Position numbers and translations under genes: made by a program. From positions 32,001 to 96,000 of the forward strand of contig CAWAWS010000047.1 of assembly GCA_963785725.1 (NCBI GenBank): 64,000 nt of DNA, given 5' to 3'. Below are positions 55,119-64,000 of this stretch, piece after piece. The stretch is from an uncultured delta proteobacterium. GTDB lineage: Bacteria > Myxococcota_A > Polyangia > Palsa-1104. Numbering within the stretch: position 1 is the first letter of the stretch; each line of letters begins with the position of its first letter. The notes under the pieces were generated by a model, which searched no databases, had not been told where the DNA came from, and saw nothing but the letters and a program-made list of their open reading frames with translations.

Positions 55119-56696
55119 ATGCGTCTCACGCTCGCCTGCGCCGCGCTGTCGGCCTTTGCGTTCGCCGGAACCGCCCACGCGCAGACCGCTACCGCCTCCG
55201 GCACCTGCTCCGGCACCGACTCGTCGGGCGGCATGATCGCCGGAACGGTCGGCCTCGCCGTCCCCGGCAGTGACGGGACGACGTTCTCGAGCGTCGCGGC
55301 CGCGTCGGTCCCCTACGTCTTCGGCGCCGCCGAGTGCGAGTGCACACCCGACGAGAGCGACCAGATCAACCTGGAAATCCAGCTCACCTCGGCGTTCGGA
55401 AACTCGGACACGCCAGCCACCGTCGAGGTTTGGGTCGGCTCGGGCTGCGACACGTACACGACGCGCACGACCGTCGGCGAGACGGTATGCGAGAAGCTGA
55501 CGACCGGCATCCCGCAGTTCACCAACTTCACGACGGCGAGCAACGCCGGCCTGCTCATTCACATCCCGATCCCCGGCAACGCCCTGACCGCACCCGTGAC
55601 GCACCAGTGCACGACGGCCACAGTCAGCAACTCGATCTACGTCTTCATCTTCAACGATCCGACCATGCCGAGCGCGTCTTGCACGCTCACTGGCATCACC
55701 GAGCAGGGCCAGCCGCCGACCGCCGTCACCGGCATCACCGCCGGCTCCGGCGACGGCTCGGTCACCCTGACGTGGACCGCGCCGCCGCAAAACAGCTTCA
55801 GCCCGGCCGGATATCAGGTCCTCTGCACCGACGACTGCGGCAACGTCATCAAGCCCTCGCATTCGGCGGCGCAGTATTCGACCTGCGTCAACGGCGTTCT
55901 GCAGCGGCGCACGATCCCGACCGGTGGCTCGCTGCCGACGACGGGTGACGCCGGCGTCGCGACGACGGGTGACCTCGGGACCTTCTCGCTCACCGGCCAA
56001 ATCGACCCCGCAGCCGAGCCTGAAGCGACACCGGCCGCGGAGCCGGCCATGGGCTGCGGCGGCGACGGCGGAACCTCGTTGTTCAGCGGCGACATGGCGT
56101 CCGCGACAAACGATATGGGCACGACGGTCAACAACAACGGCCCGCTCACGAACATGGATCCGAAGTTCATCTGCTCGGGCATGATCGGCGCCACCGGCAA
56201 CTCGGCGCGCATCACCGGCCTGACCAACAACACGCGCTACCACTTCACCGTGCTCTCGTACGACTTCTACGGCAACGCGTCCGCCTCCGCCGTCGTCGAC
56301 GCCATCCCGCAGCCGACCGAGGATCTCTATCGCCGCTATCGCGACTCCGGCGGCGCCGCCGGCGGCTGCTTCATCGCCACCGCCGCGTTCGGCTCGTACG
56401 AAAGCGACTGGGTCTACATCTTGCGCGACTTCCGCGATCAGGTGCTCTTGCCGAGCGACACCGGCCACGCGTTCGTCAACTGGTACTACGCCAACAGCCC
56501 GCCCGGCGCCGCGTGGATCGCCGAGCGCCCGTGGGCGCGCGCCGTCACGCGCGTTCTCCTCTTGCCGTTCATCGCCGGCGCGTTCTTCTGGGTCTACTTC
56601 GCGGCCTGGCAAAAGGCGCTCTTCATCTTGCTGCTGGCGGCGTTGGTCATGCGTAAGCGCCTCGCGGCCGCGATCGAGCGAGGACAGCGCGCGTGA
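55119..56696 (+). CDS. Secreted Cys/Thr-rich fibronectin-III-like protein with C-terminal CFI-box-CTERM domain
   Basis: Signal peptide; GDGSVTLTW and ITGLTNNTRYHFTV FnIII strands; GGCFIATAAFGS..LRDFRD..FVNWYY..SPP plus TM. Confidence 0.8.
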   Translation: MRLTLACAALSAFAFAGTAHAQTATASGTCSGTDSSGGMIAGTVGLAVPGSDGTTFSSVAAASVPYVFGAAECECTPDESDQINLEIQLTSAFGNSDTPATVEVWVGSGCDTYTTRTTVGETVCEKLTTGIPQFTNFTTASNAGLLIHIPIPGNALTAPVTHQCTTATVSNSIYVFIFNDPTMPSASCTLTGITEQGQPPTAVTGITAGSGDGSVTLTWTAPPQNSFSPAGYQVLCTDDCGNVIKPSHSAAQYSTCVNGVLQRRTIPTGGSLPTTGDAGVATTGDLGTFSLTGQIDPAAEPEATPAAEPAMGCGGDGGTSLFSGDMASATNDMGTTVNNNGPLTNMDPKFICSGMIGATGNSARITGLTNNTRYHFTVLSYDFYGNASASAVVDAIPQPTEDLYRRYRDSGGAAGGCFIATAAFGSYESDWVYILRDFRDQVLLPSDTGHAFVNWYYANSPPGAAWIAERPWARAVTRVLLLPFIAGAFFWVYFAAWQKALFILLLAALVMRKRLAAAIERGQRA

Positions 56697-57553
56697 AACG
56701 TCTCGCTCTCGCTTCCTTCTTATTCTTGGCGCTCGCAGCGCCTGCGCACGCGCAGGACGAGAATTACGGCGGCGGTCCCGCCACCGAATTCGGCGAGAAC
56801 GCGCCGCACAACTACGAGTCCTCGCAGAACTTCGCGTTCGAGATCAAGCTCGGCCCGTACTCGCCCAACATCGATGGCTCGCCCGGATTGAACAAGCTCG
56901 GCGGCCATCCGTTCGCCGATCTGTTCTCGCCCGGCAAAGCGCGTCCGCCGGGCAAGCTCTTGACCCAGCTCGAGTTCGACTACGAGTTCTGGCACAAGTG
57001 GTACGGTAGCTTCGGTCTCGGCCACAACATCGGCTACTACCGCCGCACGGCGCACGCGCTCGAGTACAACGGCGGCAACCCGGCATCGCCCTGCGATCCG
57101 GTCGCGAACCAAAAGTGCGTCGGCTCGAGCGGCGACACGACGTCGCTCAACATCATTCCGCTCGAGCTCACGCTCAACTACCGCTTCGATCTGCTCGCGC
57201 GCCGCTGGCACATTCCCATCGTCCCTTACGTCAAGGTCGGTCTGGCCTACTACGTTTGGTGGATCGAGAACGGCGGCGGCTTCCTCTCGATCGCCAACTA
57301 CAAAAACGCCGCCGGCAAAACGACCGACACCGGCTGGGGCGGCACGCTCGGCTGGGTGCTCAACCCGGGCGGCATGTTCCTGCTCGATGTGCTCGACCCG
57401 ACCGCCGCGCACACGCTCGACAGCGAGCTCGGCATCAACCACACCTACCTCTTCTGCGAGCTGCACTACGCCGACATCACCGGCTTCGGCGCCAGCAACA
57501 AGATGAACCTCTCCGACGTCACGCTCAACGCCGGCCTCGGCTTCGAATTCTAA
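56693..57553 (+). CDS. Outer-membrane beta-barrel protein, MXAN_2562-like
   Basis: Signal peptide, FEIKLGPYSPNID, YRFD..IPIVPYVKVGL, LDSELGINHTYLF, C-terminal GLGFEF. Confidence 0.8.
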   Translation: MKRLALASFLFLALAAPAHAQDENYGGGPATEFGENAPHNYESSQNFAFEIKLGPYSPNIDGSPGLNKLGGHPFADLFSPGKARPPGKLLTQLEFDYEFWHKWYGSFGLGHNIGYYRRTAHALEYNGGNPASPCDPVANQKCVGSSGDTTSLNIIPLELTLNYRFDLLARRWHIPIVPYVKVGLAYYVWWIENGGGFLSIANYKNAAGKTTDTGWGGTLGWVLNPGGMFLLDVLDPTAAHTLDSELGINHTYLFCELHYADITGFGASNKMNLSDVTLNAGLGFEF

Positions 57554-57577
57554 ACATCGCTATATAAGGTTGTTTAG

Positions 57578-58321
57578 ATGCGCCTGCGAATGATCGTCGA
57601 GTATGACGGCACCGACTTTTGCGGCTGGCAGCGGCAAGAGAACGGGCCCAGCGTGCAAGCCGCGATCGAAGACGCGCTGGCGACGATGGTGCAAACGCCG
57701 ACCGTCATCCGCGGCGCCGGCCGCACCGACGCCGGCGTGCACGCGCTCGGGCAGGTCGCGCACTTCGACTCCGACGCGCGCATTCCGCCGCTCGGCTATC
57801 AGCGCGGTCTGAACGCGATCCTGCCGCGCAGCATCGCCATTCACTCGGTGGTCGAGGCGGCGCCCGACTTCGACGCGCGCTTCTCCGCGCGCGGCAAGCT
57901 CTACCGCTATCGCATCTGGAACAGCCAGACGCGCTCGCCCATGCAAGAGCGGTATGTCTGGCAGCTGCGTCGTCCGCTCGAAGTCGCCAGCATGCAGGAA
58001 GGCGCACGCGCGCTCGTCGGCCGCCACGACTTCGCCGCGTTCCGCGCGTCCGATTGCGAGCGCAAGACGACGGAGCGCACGCTCGCTCGCGTCTCGGTCG
58101 AGCGGTCGCTCGAGGGCTCGGGCGAGCTCATCACGATCGAGGTCGCCGGCGACGCGTTCTTGAAGAACATGGTGCGCATCATCGTCGGGACGCTCGCCGA
58201 AGTCGGCTACGGCAAACGCGCCCCGACCGACGTGCAACGAATTCTCGACGGCAAGGATCGCCGGCAGGCAGGCGTCACGGCGCCGCCGCAAGGACTGACG
58301 CTCGTGCACGTCGATTATTAG
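57578..58321 (+). CDS. truA: tRNA pseudouridine(38-40) synthase
   Basis: YDGTDFCGWQRQ, AGRTDAGVHALGQ, FDARFSA, FLKNMVRIIVG, APPQGL. Confidence 0.96.
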   Translation: MRLRMIVEYDGTDFCGWQRQENGPSVQAAIEDALATMVQTPTVIRGAGRTDAGVHALGQVAHFDSDARIPPLGYQRGLNAILPRSIAIHSVVEAAPDFDARFSARGKLYRYRIWNSQTRSPMQERYVWQLRRPLEVASMQEGARALVGRHDFAAFRASDCERKTTERTLARVSVERSLEGSGELITIEVAGDAFLKNMVRIIVGTLAEVGYGKRAPTDVQRILDGKDRRQAGVTAPPQGLTLVHVDY

Positions 58322-58339
58322 GTGATAGAATTTGGCGCG

Positions 58340-59236
58340 ATGAACCTGCGCAAGACCTTCTTCATCCTGCCCAACCTCTTCACGCTGTCGAGCGTGTTCT
58401 GCGGGTTCTTCGCGCTCACGCTGTGCTCCGGGCAGCCGACGATCGATAGCCTCTATCAGGCCGCCGTCGCCATCTGCTTCGCTTACTTCTTCGATCTCGC
58501 CGATGGTCGCGTCGCGCGCTTGACGAAGACGCAGTCCGATCTCGGGCTGCAGCTCGACTCGCTGGCGGACGTCATCAGCTTCGGGGTCGCGCCCGCGCTG
58601 CTCGTCTACAAATGGGGTCTGACGAGCTTCCATAAGTGGGGCATCTTCATCGCGTTCTTGTTCTGCGCCGCCGGTGCGTTACGGCTCGCGCGCTTCAATG
58701 TCCTCGCGATGCAGCACGACTCGGCCAAGCCCGGCAAGTTCATCATCGGCCTGCCCGTCCCCGCAGCCTCCGCCGTTCTCGTGTCGCTCGTGCTCTTGAA
58801 CCATCAGCTGGCCGGCTCCTACGTCGACGTCGGCCAGCCGGCGCTCGCGGCGCTCGTCGTCATCCTCGCGTATTTGATGGTGAGCCGCATTCGTTTCCGC
58901 TCGTTCAAAGACTTGCGCCTCACGCGCCGCACCATCATCGGCTTCGTCGCCATCGCCGCGTTCACGGTCGCCGTGATCGTCGGCCGCATGCACTCCGCGC
59001 TCATCTTCGTCGTGCTCATGGCCACCTATGTCGGCCTCGGATTGACCGAAGAGGTGTTCTTCTATCGTCGTCGCAAAGAGGAGGACGCGGCCGCCAAGGC
59101 CACGCATCCCGTGCACCTCGAAGCCGAAGGCGGCGCCAAGAACGACGAAGAAGTCTTGGCCGAGCTCGGCGCGTACGACTCCGACGAGGAAGAGCCGGCC
59201 ACACCGTCGTCGACGCTCGCGCCCCGTCGTTCTTGA
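58340..59236 (+). CDS. pssA: CDP-diacylglycerol--serine O-phosphatidyltransferase
   Basis: LPNLFT, DLADGRVAR, LDSLADVISFGVAP, RLARFN, GLPVPAA. Confidence 0.93.
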   Translation: MNLRKTFFILPNLFTLSSVFCGFFALTLCSGQPTIDSLYQAAVAICFAYFFDLADGRVARLTKTQSDLGLQLDSLADVISFGVAPALLVYKWGLTSFHKWGIFIAFLFCAAGALRLARFNVLAMQHDSAKPGKFIIGLPVPAASAVLVSLVLLNHQLAGSYVDVGQPALAALVVILAYLMVSRIRFRSFKDLRLTRRTIIGFVAIAAFTVAVIVGRMHSALIFVVLMATYVGLGLTEEVFFYRRRKEEDAAAKATHPVHLEAEGGAKNDEEVLAELGAYDSDEEEPATPSSTLAPRRS

Positions 59237-59670
59237 TGCATCCGAACATCATCAGCGACGACGAAGCGCGCGTGGCCGAGCTCGTCCGCACGAGCCGTCG
59301 CGTCGCCGTGCTCGGCATCAAGACCGAGGCGCAAGCGAGCCAGCCGGCGTATTACGTGGCTGCCGGACTTCAGCGCGCCGGCGTCGAGATCATTCCGGTG
59401 CCCGTCTACTACCCGGACGTGACCGAAATCTTGGGGCAGCGCGTGTATCGCCGGGTTGCCGACGTGCCAGGCGCGATCGATCTCGTCGACGTCTTCCGGC
59501 GCTCGAGCGACGTCGCCGCGCATTTGCCCGACTTGCTCGCCAAGCGGCCGCGCGCCGTCTGGTTACAGCTCGGCATTCGCGATGACGCGACCGCCGAAGC
59601 GCTGGCCGAGGCCGGAATTCTCGTTGTGCAGGATCGCTGTTTGCTCGTGGAGCATCGGCGCTACGGGTAA
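59236..59670 (+). CDS. CoA-binding protein (YccU-like)
   Basis: RVAVLG, IDLVDVFRRS, VWLQLGI, VVQDRC. Confidence 0.9.
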   Translation: MHPNIISDDEARVAELVRTSRRVAVLGIKTEAQASQPAYYVAAGLQRAGVEIIPVPVYYPDVTEILGQRVYRRVADVPGAIDLVDVFRRSSDVAAHLPDLLAKRPRAVWLQLGIRDDATAEALAEAGILVVQDRCLLVEHRRYG

Positions 59671-59889
59671 CGCTCCGCTGGGGGTGTGCTGCGGCGCACG
59701 GCTGCGCTGCGCGCGGCTGCGCTGGCGCGCGTATGCTTTGGTTCGGCTGTTGGGCGCGATGACTTCGACTGGTGCGCTGCGCGGGCTTTTCGCGCTGGGG
59801 GCGCCGTGAGGCTACGAGAGCGCGGGTCCGGGCAGCATTTCTGAGGATTGCGCTCGATTGGGAGCGCGCGGGGGATTGCGGCTGGACGG

Positions 59890-60324
59890 TTAGCTGCGCT
59901 TTTTGGCGGGCGGCTTGTCGCCGGCAACGGCGGGTGGGGCGGTCTTGCCGCCGCCGTCGTCCCATTCGACGAAGATGCCGTACAGCACGCCGACGATCGG
60001 GGCCCAGATCGCGCCCGAGCGTAGCGGCAGCTGGTCGACGCCGACCTGGAGCGGCTTGACGTAGAGCTCGGTGTCGGGCGCAAAGTGCAGCCCCAACGCC
60101 GCCAAGCCCACGCCGATGCCGGCACCGACGATCAGCTTGAGGACCGGCGTCCAGATCGTCTCGGCCTTCCACGGCGCGCGCCCAGCCACGACACCGACGA
60201 GCGCACCGACGAGCCCGCACGCCAGATACGCGAAGACCGGCGAAAGCAGGCCGAAGTGCAACAGCCCGTAGCCGATGCCACCACCGACGACGAGTCCCTT
60301 GAGCAAGCCAACGATGACGCGCAT
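59890..60324 (-). CDS. Small membrane hypothetical protein
   Basis: Four hydrophobic segments; TATACT and AAGGAGG upstream. Confidence 0.75.
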   Translation of the reverse strand: MRVIVGLLKGLVVGGGIGYGLLHFGLLSPVFAYLACGLVGALVGVVAGRAPWKAETIWTPVLKLIVGAGIGVGLAALGLHFAPDTELYVKPLQVGVDQLPLRSGAIWAPIVGVLYGIFVEWDDGGGKTAPPAVAGDKPPAKKRS

Positions 60325-60430
60325 GGGGAACGGCGCCTCCTTCGAACAGTATACTTGTTCTATAGCGCCATTATTCCCAGATGCACGGAGGAGCGAATTT
60401 TGCCGCGGAGAATTACGTGTCAGGAGCGTT

Positions 60431-61831
60431 TCAGGGCATCGGCGACAGGCCGTGCGCCAACAGCCGGTCAGGTGGCGGCACGACGGGGATCGCCGCCAGC
60501 GCCTGCAGCCGCGGCGCAATCACGTCGGCGAACTCCTGGCGATACTTGCCGTCGATCGAGGCTTCGCGCGCGGGTTTGAGCTTGAGCGGGTCCACGAACG
60601 CGCCATTGACGCGGACGCTAAAGTGCAAGTGCGGGCCCGTCGCCAATCCCGTCATCCCGACGTAACCGATGACCTGCTTCTGCCGCACCGACTGGCCGAC
60701 GGCCAAGCCACGCGCGAACTTCGACAGGTGCATGTAGGTGGAAGACATCCCATTCGGGTGATCGAGGATGACCGCGTTGCCAGCGCCGCCCCGCGGTCCC
60801 ACGAACGCCACGCGCCCGCCCGTCGTCGCCCACACCGGCGTGCCGAGCGGCGCCGCGTAATCGACACCAAGGTGCGCCTTTTCCGTGTGCAAAATCGGGT
60901 GGAAGCGATGGCGATCGAACGCCGACGACACGCGCACGTACTTGAGCGGCGTCTTCAGCATGCTCTTGACGATGCTCTCGCCGTGCTCGGTAAAGTAGCT
61001 GCCCTCTTGCGACCCGTTCGCCGGCTGGAACCAGAACGCGCGGAACGTCCCCGTGCGACCTGAATATTCCGCAGCCAACACGCGACCGTATTTGTAGAAG
61101 CGACCGCCCAAGAACTTCTTCTCGACGATGATCTTGAAGCGGTCACCGGCCTGCGAGTCGGTATAAAAGTTCAGATCCCACGCGAACGTGTCGACGAACC
61201 AGCCAACGAGCGTCGTCGATTCGCCGGAGCGCTTGATGGCTTCGTAGAGCGACGAGCCGATGACGCCGCCGATCTCGGCCTGGCGCACTTCGAGCGGCTT
61301 CTCGTCCTTCGTCGCTTTCCAGCCGTCGCCTTCGCGCACGACGTGATACGCGAGCGCCGGGCTGACGCGATACTCGAGCGAGCGCAGATGATCTTCGCCG
61401 TCGAAGCGCAGCGAGTAGCTGTGACCGGCGCGCACCGTGCGCAAGTCGAACAGCTTGTTCAGCGACGCGGCCACATCGTTGACTTGCTTCGGCGGCAGAC
61501 CATCCGCTTTCCAGCGCCGCTCGACGGTGTCGCTGTCGGCCATGACGCCCTCGACGACGCGCGCCTCCTCGGCCGTCGCGTCATCCGCCTTCGGTCGCTG
61601 CGCCGGCTGCGCGCTCGCGCCCGACGGCTGCGTCATGAGCGCCGACGCTGCCGACGGGTCATGCTTGGCCAGCTCCGTCGTCTTCATCAGCGCGCGCAGC
61701 GACGTTCCGCCACGTAGGAAGAAGAAGTAGACGTTCACTCCAATGAGCACGACGAACACCATGCCGAGGCGGACACTGCCCTGCCACGGGGATGCACGAC
61801 GTTTGCTGCGACGACCCTTCTGCGCGGGCAT
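60431..61831 (-). CDS. M23 family peptidoglycan DD-metalloendopeptidase (MepM-like)
   Basis: HLGVDYAAP, YMHLS, GYVGMTGLATGPHLHF; N-terminal TM. Confidence 0.93.
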   Translation of the reverse strand: MPAQKGRRSKRRASPWQGSVRLGMVFVVLIGVNVYFFFLRGGTSLRALMKTTELAKHDPSAASALMTQPSGASAQPAQRPKADDATAEEARVVEGVMADSDTVERRWKADGLPPKQVNDVAASLNKLFDLRTVRAGHSYSLRFDGEDHLRSLEYRVSPALAYHVVREGDGWKATKDEKPLEVRQAEIGGVIGSSLYEAIKRSGESTTLVGWFVDTFAWDLNFYTDSQAGDRFKIIVEKKFLGGRFYKYGRVLAAEYSGRTGTFRAFWFQPANGSQEGSYFTEHGESIVKSMLKTPLKYVRVSSAFDRHRFHPILHTEKAHLGVDYAAPLGTPVWATTGGRVAFVGPRGGAGNAVILDHPNGMSSTYMHLSKFARGLAVGQSVRQKQVIGYVGMTGLATGPHLHFSVRVNGAFVDPLKLKPAREASIDGKYRQEFADVIAPRLQALAAIPVVPPPDRLLAHGLSPMP

Positions 61832-61935
61832 GAACTGGTCCTTCTAGCGGTTACCACGCACGCCGGAGCGTCGCCAATTTTTGCCAAAGATTCGCATGTT
61901 TGAACACGCGTTCAGTGCACGAGATGCGGCAGCCG

Positions 61936-63666
61936 TCACGTTTCGGCGCGCGCCCCGCGCAACAGCTCCTCGGCGTGTGCGCGCGCTTTGGGCGTCACCT
62001 TGCCGCCCAACATGCGCGCGATCTCCTCCTTGCGCTCGCTCGCCGACAGCTCGCGGACGATGGTGCGCACGCGGCCGTCGCTCTCCTGCTTCTCGACGCG
62101 AAAGTGGGCCACGGCGTGCGCGGCGATCTGCGGCAAATGCGTGATGCACACGACCTGCTTGTCCTCGGCGACCGCCCGAATCTGCCGGCCGACGACGTCC
62201 GCGACCGCGCCGCCGATTCCGGCATCGACCTCGTCGAACACGTAGGTCGCGACTTGATCGGCGCGCGACAAGATGCGTTTGAGCGCCAACATGATGCGCG
62301 ACAGCTCGCCGCCCGACGCGATGCGGTGCAGCGGTCGCGGCTCTTCACCCTTGTTCGCCGCGAGCTGAAATTCGGCGCGATCCCAGCCCGTCGGACCGAG
62401 CCGTCGACCGTCGAAGACGAGCGCCGCGTCGTCGCCCTCGCGCGCCGGCGCCGCCGTCACGACGGGCACGAGCCGCGCACCCGCCATCGCCAGCTCGGCC
62501 AGCGCCGCGCCGACCCGCGTTTGCAGCGTCCGCGCCGACTTCTCGCGCGCCTCGGTCAACGCGCGCGCCAACTTCTCCGCTTCCTGACGCGCGGCGCTCA
62601 ACTCCGTCTGCAGCTGCGCGCGCCGCTCTTCATGCGACGTCAATTGCGCCAGCTCCGCCGCCAACAGATCGCGACGTCGAATCAGCCCCGTCACGTCGGT
62701 CGCTTCCGCGCGATGCTTGCGCAGCAACTTCGCCAATAGGTCGGTGCGCTCTTCGACATACGAGAGCCGCTCGGGATCGGCGTCGAGCCCATCGGCATAA
62801 CGACGCAGATCGCGCGCGGCCTCCTCGAGCGTCACCCGCGCTTCGTCGATCGACTTGCCCACTTTGGCGAGCTCGGGATCGATGCGACCGAGCTCCTCGA
62901 GCTCGCGACCGAGCGCGCCCAGCTCGTCGGTGACGGCGCCTTCGCGCGCGTACAAAATGTCTTCGCCGCGACGGGCCGTCGACAACAGCTTGCCGGCGGA
63001 GCGCAGCCGCTCACGCTCGAGGCGCAGCTTCTCGTCTTCGCCTTCTTGCAGCTGCGCCTCGCCCAGCTCCTTCAGCTGAAAGCGCAGAAACTCCTCGCGT
63101 TCGATGCGCGTGCGTTCGTCGAGCGTCGCGGCCGACAGCGCGCGCGCCGCCGTCTCGACACGCCCGTGCGCAGCCGCCATCGCCGCCAGCTGCGGCTCGT
63201 GCATGCCGAACGCATCGAAGATCGACAGGTGCTGCGAGGGATCGCCGAGCGTCTGATGCTCGTGCTGTCCTGCCAGCTCGATGAGCACGCCCGCGACATC
63301 GCTCAGCGCCGCCGCTGTAGCCAGCACGCTATTAATGTAGACGCGCCCGCGCCCCGATTTTTGGATCACGCGGCGCACGATCAGACCTTCGTCGACGGGC
63401 GCGATCCCGACGTGACCGAGCCGCTGCAACAGCGCGTCCGCAGCTGGTCCGTGCGGGGGCTCGAAGATCGCCTCCACGCGCGCCTCTTCCGCGCCTGCGC
63501 GCACGACCTCCGCCGACGCGCGTCCGCCGCGCAACAGCGCCACCGCCTCGACGAGCAGCGACTTGCCCGCGCCCGTCTCGCCGGTGAGCACGTTGAATCC
63601 AGGGCCGAGCTCGATCTCAACGTCGTCGAGCAGCGCGAAATCGGTGATGCGCAGGTGCGTCAGCAT
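61936..63666 (-). CDS. recN: DNA repair protein RecN
   Basis: [45 protein letters not shown]. Confidence 0.97.
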   Translation of the reverse strand: MLTHLRITDFALLDDVEIELGPGFNVLTGETGAGKSLLVEAVALLRGGRASAEVVRAGAEEARVEAIFEPPHGPAADALLQRLGHVGIAPVDEGLIVRRVIQKSGRGRVYINSVLATAAALSDVAGVLIELAGQHEHQTLGDPSQHLSIFDAFGMHEPQLAAMAAAHGRVETAARALSAATLDERTRIEREEFLRFQLKELGEAQLQEGEDEKLRLERERLRSAGKLLSTARRGEDILYAREGAVTDELGALGRELEELGRIDPELAKVGKSIDEARVTLEEAARDLRRYADGLDADPERLSYVEERTDLLAKLLRKHRAEATDVTGLIRRRDLLAAELAQLTSHEERRAQLQTELSAARQEAEKLARALTEAREKSARTLQTRVGAALAELAMAGARLVPVVTAAPAREGDDAALVFDGRRLGPTGWDRAEFQLAANKGEEPRPLHRIASGGELSRIMLALKRILSRADQVATYVFDEVDAGIGGAVADVVGRQIRAVAEDKQVVCITHLPQIAAHAVAHFRVEKQESDGRVRTIVRELSASERKEEIARMLGGKVTPKARAHAEELLRGARAET

Positions 63667-63708
63667 GGGGTCTTGGTTTTATCGGCTAGCGCGGGCGAAA
63701 GTTGCTGA

Positions 63709-64000
63709 TTATTTTTCGCCCCAGTTCATTTTCTCGCGCAACACGTCGAAGTAGCTCTGCGGCGAGCGAAACAGACGCAGCGGCTGCGTCGCCGCCGAGA
63801 TCTCGACGCGATCGCCGTCCGCCAACGACGTGCCCCACTGTCCGTCGATCGTCAACATGATGTGCGCCGCCGACGACGCCAGCCGCACCATCACGCGCGA
63901 CGTGGCGGGCACGACGACCGTCCGATTACTCAGCGCGTGCGCGCAGATGGGCGTGACGACGAACGCTTGTACGCTGGGCGCGACAATCGGTCCGCCCGCC
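63709..64000 (-). CDS. nadK: NAD kinase, C-terminal part (5' end outside window)
   Basis: AGGPIVAP..TPICAHALSNRTVVVP, TIDGQ, SYFDVLREKMNWG; upstream of recN. Confidence 0.9.
   Translation of the reverse strand, partial: AGGPIVAPSVQAFVVTPICAHALSNRTVVVPATSRVMVRLASSAAHIMLTIDGQWGTSLADGDRVEISAATQPLRLFRSPQSYFDVLREKMNWGEK

Overview
High-GC bacterial chromosome segment, almost certainly Myxococcota. Evidence: MYXO-CTERM-type sorting signals, a MXAN_4361/4362-like small protein, a DUF4388 protein and a MXAN_2562-like barrel. The window is densely coding (about 59 genes) and mostly housekeeping: lgt, dksA, Prx6, RsmB-family methyltransferase, gdhA, ribF, dapA-dapB-murQ, rho-rpmE-prfA, etfBA, truA, pssA, recN and nadK, plus several large surface proteins. 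I saw no rRNA, tRNA, CRISPR, phage or IS. Eight single-base frameshifts in five genes look like long-read consensus errors. Main candidates for new biology: (1) a translationally coupled pair of membrane histidine kinases with complementary defects (46808-50494), one with an intact ATPase domain but Ala in place of the phospho-His, the other with the His but a degenerate ATPase domain, i.e. a putative obligate heterodimeric 'split' kinase; (2) a roughly 1285-aa protein with an N-terminal lipobox, an internal MYXO-CTERM signal and a second internal lipoprotein signal, suggesting a surface polyprotein; (3) a Bacillus FadR-like operator overlapping the start codon of a TetR gene heading etfBA; (4) many TANNNT boxes 6-8 nt upstream of start codons, suggesting leaderless mRNAs. 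Family names come from motif recognition, not database searches.
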